Source: Corallochytrium limacisporum Hawaii (lineage: Eukaryota > Protista > Pluriformea). Taken from it: a stretch of DNA of 64,000 bases. Below are positions 61,814 to 64,000 of the stretch, piece by piece. The notes beneath the pieces are model-generated. The model worked only from the letters and a program-made list of their open reading frames with translations. It did not search any database and was not told the DNA's origin. The stretch is taken from positions 1 through 64,000 of the forward strand of contig PDIP01000088.1 of NCBI GenBank assembly GCA_002811645.1, read 5' to 3'. Each line of letters starts with the position of its first letter. Position 1 is the first letter of the stretch. The translations under genes and the position numbers were made by a program.

Positions 61814-63025
61814 TTACATCCAAGTGGCATATTCATCAGACACAAACACGTTCGAGGGGGTAGTCACCGTTGTGGAGACATTGTTCTTGGTGGTGAATGA
61901 AGACATGCCCTTGGACAGGACCAGTTTGTAGTTCTGACCAAAGTTGTTGTCCCACCACTCGCAGTTTACGCATCGGTAGCGGACACACATTTCTACATTG
62001 ATATCCCCGTAAAGCTGTCCAGCAGCCTCGGGACTGTTGTGGGAAAGTGGGATTTCAAAACGGAAGCAGTCAATGCCACTGTTCACGCTGTAAATCCATT
62101 GGCAATGAAGGTCGTGATACGTTTGCCAACCGTCCATAGAGTAGCGAACGGTGACATCCTTCTCGTATGCCAGATTTCGTACAATTACAAAGCCAGCCAG
62201 GGCACGGCCAAAAGCACAGTCAATGGCAGCCATCTCGACAAGACCAGACATGCTCGGAGACACCGACATGGCAGTGGGCTTCGTAAAGTTCAGGTTTCGT
62301 GCCTTGTACACGAAGGGGCGAGCATAGCTGCCAATAGCAGAGCTCATGATGGGCTCCGAAGACTGGCGAGGTGGGAACAAAGGCCGCACCGGCTGTGCCA
62401 TGGCAGTAATGCCAGCCGCACCATTTGCGTCTTTCTCCACCGGGTCCTGCCAGAGTGGCTTAACCCAAGTCAAGCGACGCTTGCCAAAATGGTCGTGGGG
62501 GCGTTGCTTTTCGAAGTACCGGATTACGGGCTCCGAAGCAAACCGTACCTTCTTCGCAAAAAGACTGCTCTCAAAGAATTGGTCACCATCACCAATTCCA
62601 TCACAGATACCTTCACACGACTCGTGGGTACGTGCCGGGAGACTATGCACTCGCCTGAGAGGAGCAATCTCTTCACTGTCTGACAGATCTCCTTCACTAG
62701 CCGGTTCGGCTGCTTCTCCATTCCGTAGAGAAACTACCTTCTTGGCCTTGATACGTTCTTCTGTGGTCTGAGGCATGGACTCATCGTCGGACATTTCCTC
62801 GCTCGAGGTAATGCTGTGTTCATCTTCCAAAACCTTCTTCTGGTTTAGTTCTTTCCGTACGGCGAAAGGCTGTGTGGGAGTTGACAACTTAGATGGGTCG
62901 TTCTGTTCCGTATTTGCTACCAATGCTCCCGGCATGACTGTAAACCGTGCGCCCAAAAATCGACGCGGCAGCTCCGGACTGGCCGGTACTGCACTTGACA
63001 TTTGTCCAAGTGTTGAATGTGACAT
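61814..63025 (-). CDS. PP1 glycogen-targeting regulatory subunit (PPP1R3/GAC1-like, CBM21)
   Basis: RVxF motif KKVRFA. CBM21 motifs GFVIVRNLAYEKDVTVRYSMDGW and EMCVRY....EWWDNNFGQNY. Confidence 0.9.
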   Translation of the reverse strand: MSHSTLGQMSSAVPASPELPRRFLGARFTVMPGALVANTEQNDPSKLSTPTQPFAVRKELNQKKVLEDEHSITSSEEMSDDESMPQTTEERIKAKKVVSLRNGEAAEPASEGDLSDSEEIAPLRRVHSLPARTHESCEGICDGIGDGDQFFESSLFAKKVRFASEPVIRYFEKQRPHDHFGKRRLTWVKPLWQDPVEKDANGAAGITAMAQPVRPLFPPRQSSEPIMSSAIGSYARPFVYKARNLNFTKPTAMSVSPSMSGLVEMAAIDCAFGRALAGFVIVRNLAYEKDVTVRYSMDGWQTYHDLHCQWIYSVNSGIDCFRFEIPLSHNSPEAAGQLYGDINVEMCVRYRCVNCEWWDNNFGQNYKLVLSKGMSSFTTKNNVSTTVTTPSNVFVSDEYATWM

Positions 63026-63494
63026 GATTCTCTACTAAGGTGTAGGTTCTGATATTGTTTTGTAAAACGTATTTATCCCTGTATGCTACACTACTAACAA
63101 CTGTATATTCCGGACGTTGCTGTTGTGACTATGTTAAATTCCGATCATTGAATGTTTTGATACTAAACAAGACACAAAGTTTCTTTAGTTGGAATTCCTT
63201 CCACCCGTTAGCTAGTGCAAGGAGTGTTGGATAACCTAACGTGTAATAATGTTGTATGATCTGTGATTGCCGATTCCAAGTACCTATATCGTCCGTGTTT
63301 AGCTATTCCCTCCGATGCGACAACGGTCTCAAAATGCCCATCAGGGCCAAATCAAAGCCAACAAGGATGAGGAGTGGATGATGAATGACGGACAACTCGC
63401 TCATGCACGCAAACAGACACGCACAATAGCGTACCCGATGTCTGATGGTTGAGCACACACCCCGAACCAGAGAATCAACGGGAGACCCGTCTTT

Positions 63495-63800
63495 CATTCA
63501 GCTCTTCCTCCCCTCCCCCCCCCTCCCCCTCCTCGCGCGTCTCTCCATTCCTTCTCTCCCTTTCCTTGGTTCCTCTCGGGCACTGTGTGGGCATAGTGAA
63601 AGTACGTGGGCTGCGGAACACAATTGACAATGCTTGGGGGCCCCACAAAGAGATCTGGGGAAAAGGGGGGGGGAGGGGGAAAGACAAACCGAGACGTCTG
63701 AAAGCGGAGAGGGGGCGGCAGTGAGACACCGAGAGTGAGCGAGGGAACACACAGAGTGAAATTTGAACGAATGGAACGAGGGGGCGAGCGAGAAAAAGGT
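63495..63800. promoter_or_regulatory. Pyrimidine-then-purine homopolymer island upstream of the CBM21 gene
   Basis: C-rich at 63500-63570 and G/A-rich at 63655-63800, the same layout as other upstream islands. Function inferred. Confidence 0.4.
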
Positions 63801-64000
63801 ACACCACAGGCGAACGTGTGCACAGCAGGCGTCAGATGCCAGAGAGCGCGTATGTTTAATACTGACTATGAAAGAATAGTTGGTGGTGGGTCTGTGCGTA
63901 TTCGGGTCGACAAGAAAGAGAGGGATAAGGGAGGGAGGGTAGCCAAGCGTTTTTTCTTCAACGCTTGCGTTCGCCGCTGATCGGGTAGAATGACACCTGG

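Noticed and set aside
1-64000. tRNA, rRNA, CRISPR array, transposase/RT, telomeric repeat
   Set aside because: No T-arm with a valid stem, no spaced direct-repeat array, no DDE/RT motifs and no TTAGGG arrays were noticed.

Overview
Gene-dense eukaryotic nuclear DNA with 21 protein-coding genes, all read as single uninterrupted ORFs, including an 8.4 kb EPG5. In order: two tandem ERG28-like genes, RPS7, POC5, MCCC2, a Q-rich F-box protein with an XPA-like Zn-finger/DNA-binding module, COX18, EPG5, a SWSAP1-like gene, PWP2, TBCE, a bacterial-type homocysteine S-methyltransferase, ADHFE1/HOT, USP32-like, Apollo/DCLRE1B, a GT15 (KRE2/KTR) mannosyltransferase, RRN3, a small F-box-only ORF, CCT8, KATNB1 and a PP1 glycogen-targeting (CBM21) subunit. 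The gene content looks opisthokont, mixing animal-like and fungal-like families. With the absence of introns, this suggests an intron-depleted unicellular holozoan such as Corallochytrium; that is inference only and unverified. The main non-genic signals are: near-strict strand alternation (17 of 20 junctions); intergenic islands of poly-C/poly-G, polypurine and microsatellite tracts; a recurring TTTCAGTA word in upstream regions; a 6.7 kb ORF-free interval that may hold two non-coding transcripts; and an identical 79 bp element beside two assembly gaps. I found no tRNA, rRNA, CRISPR array or transposase. All gene calls come from recalled motifs, not from database searches.
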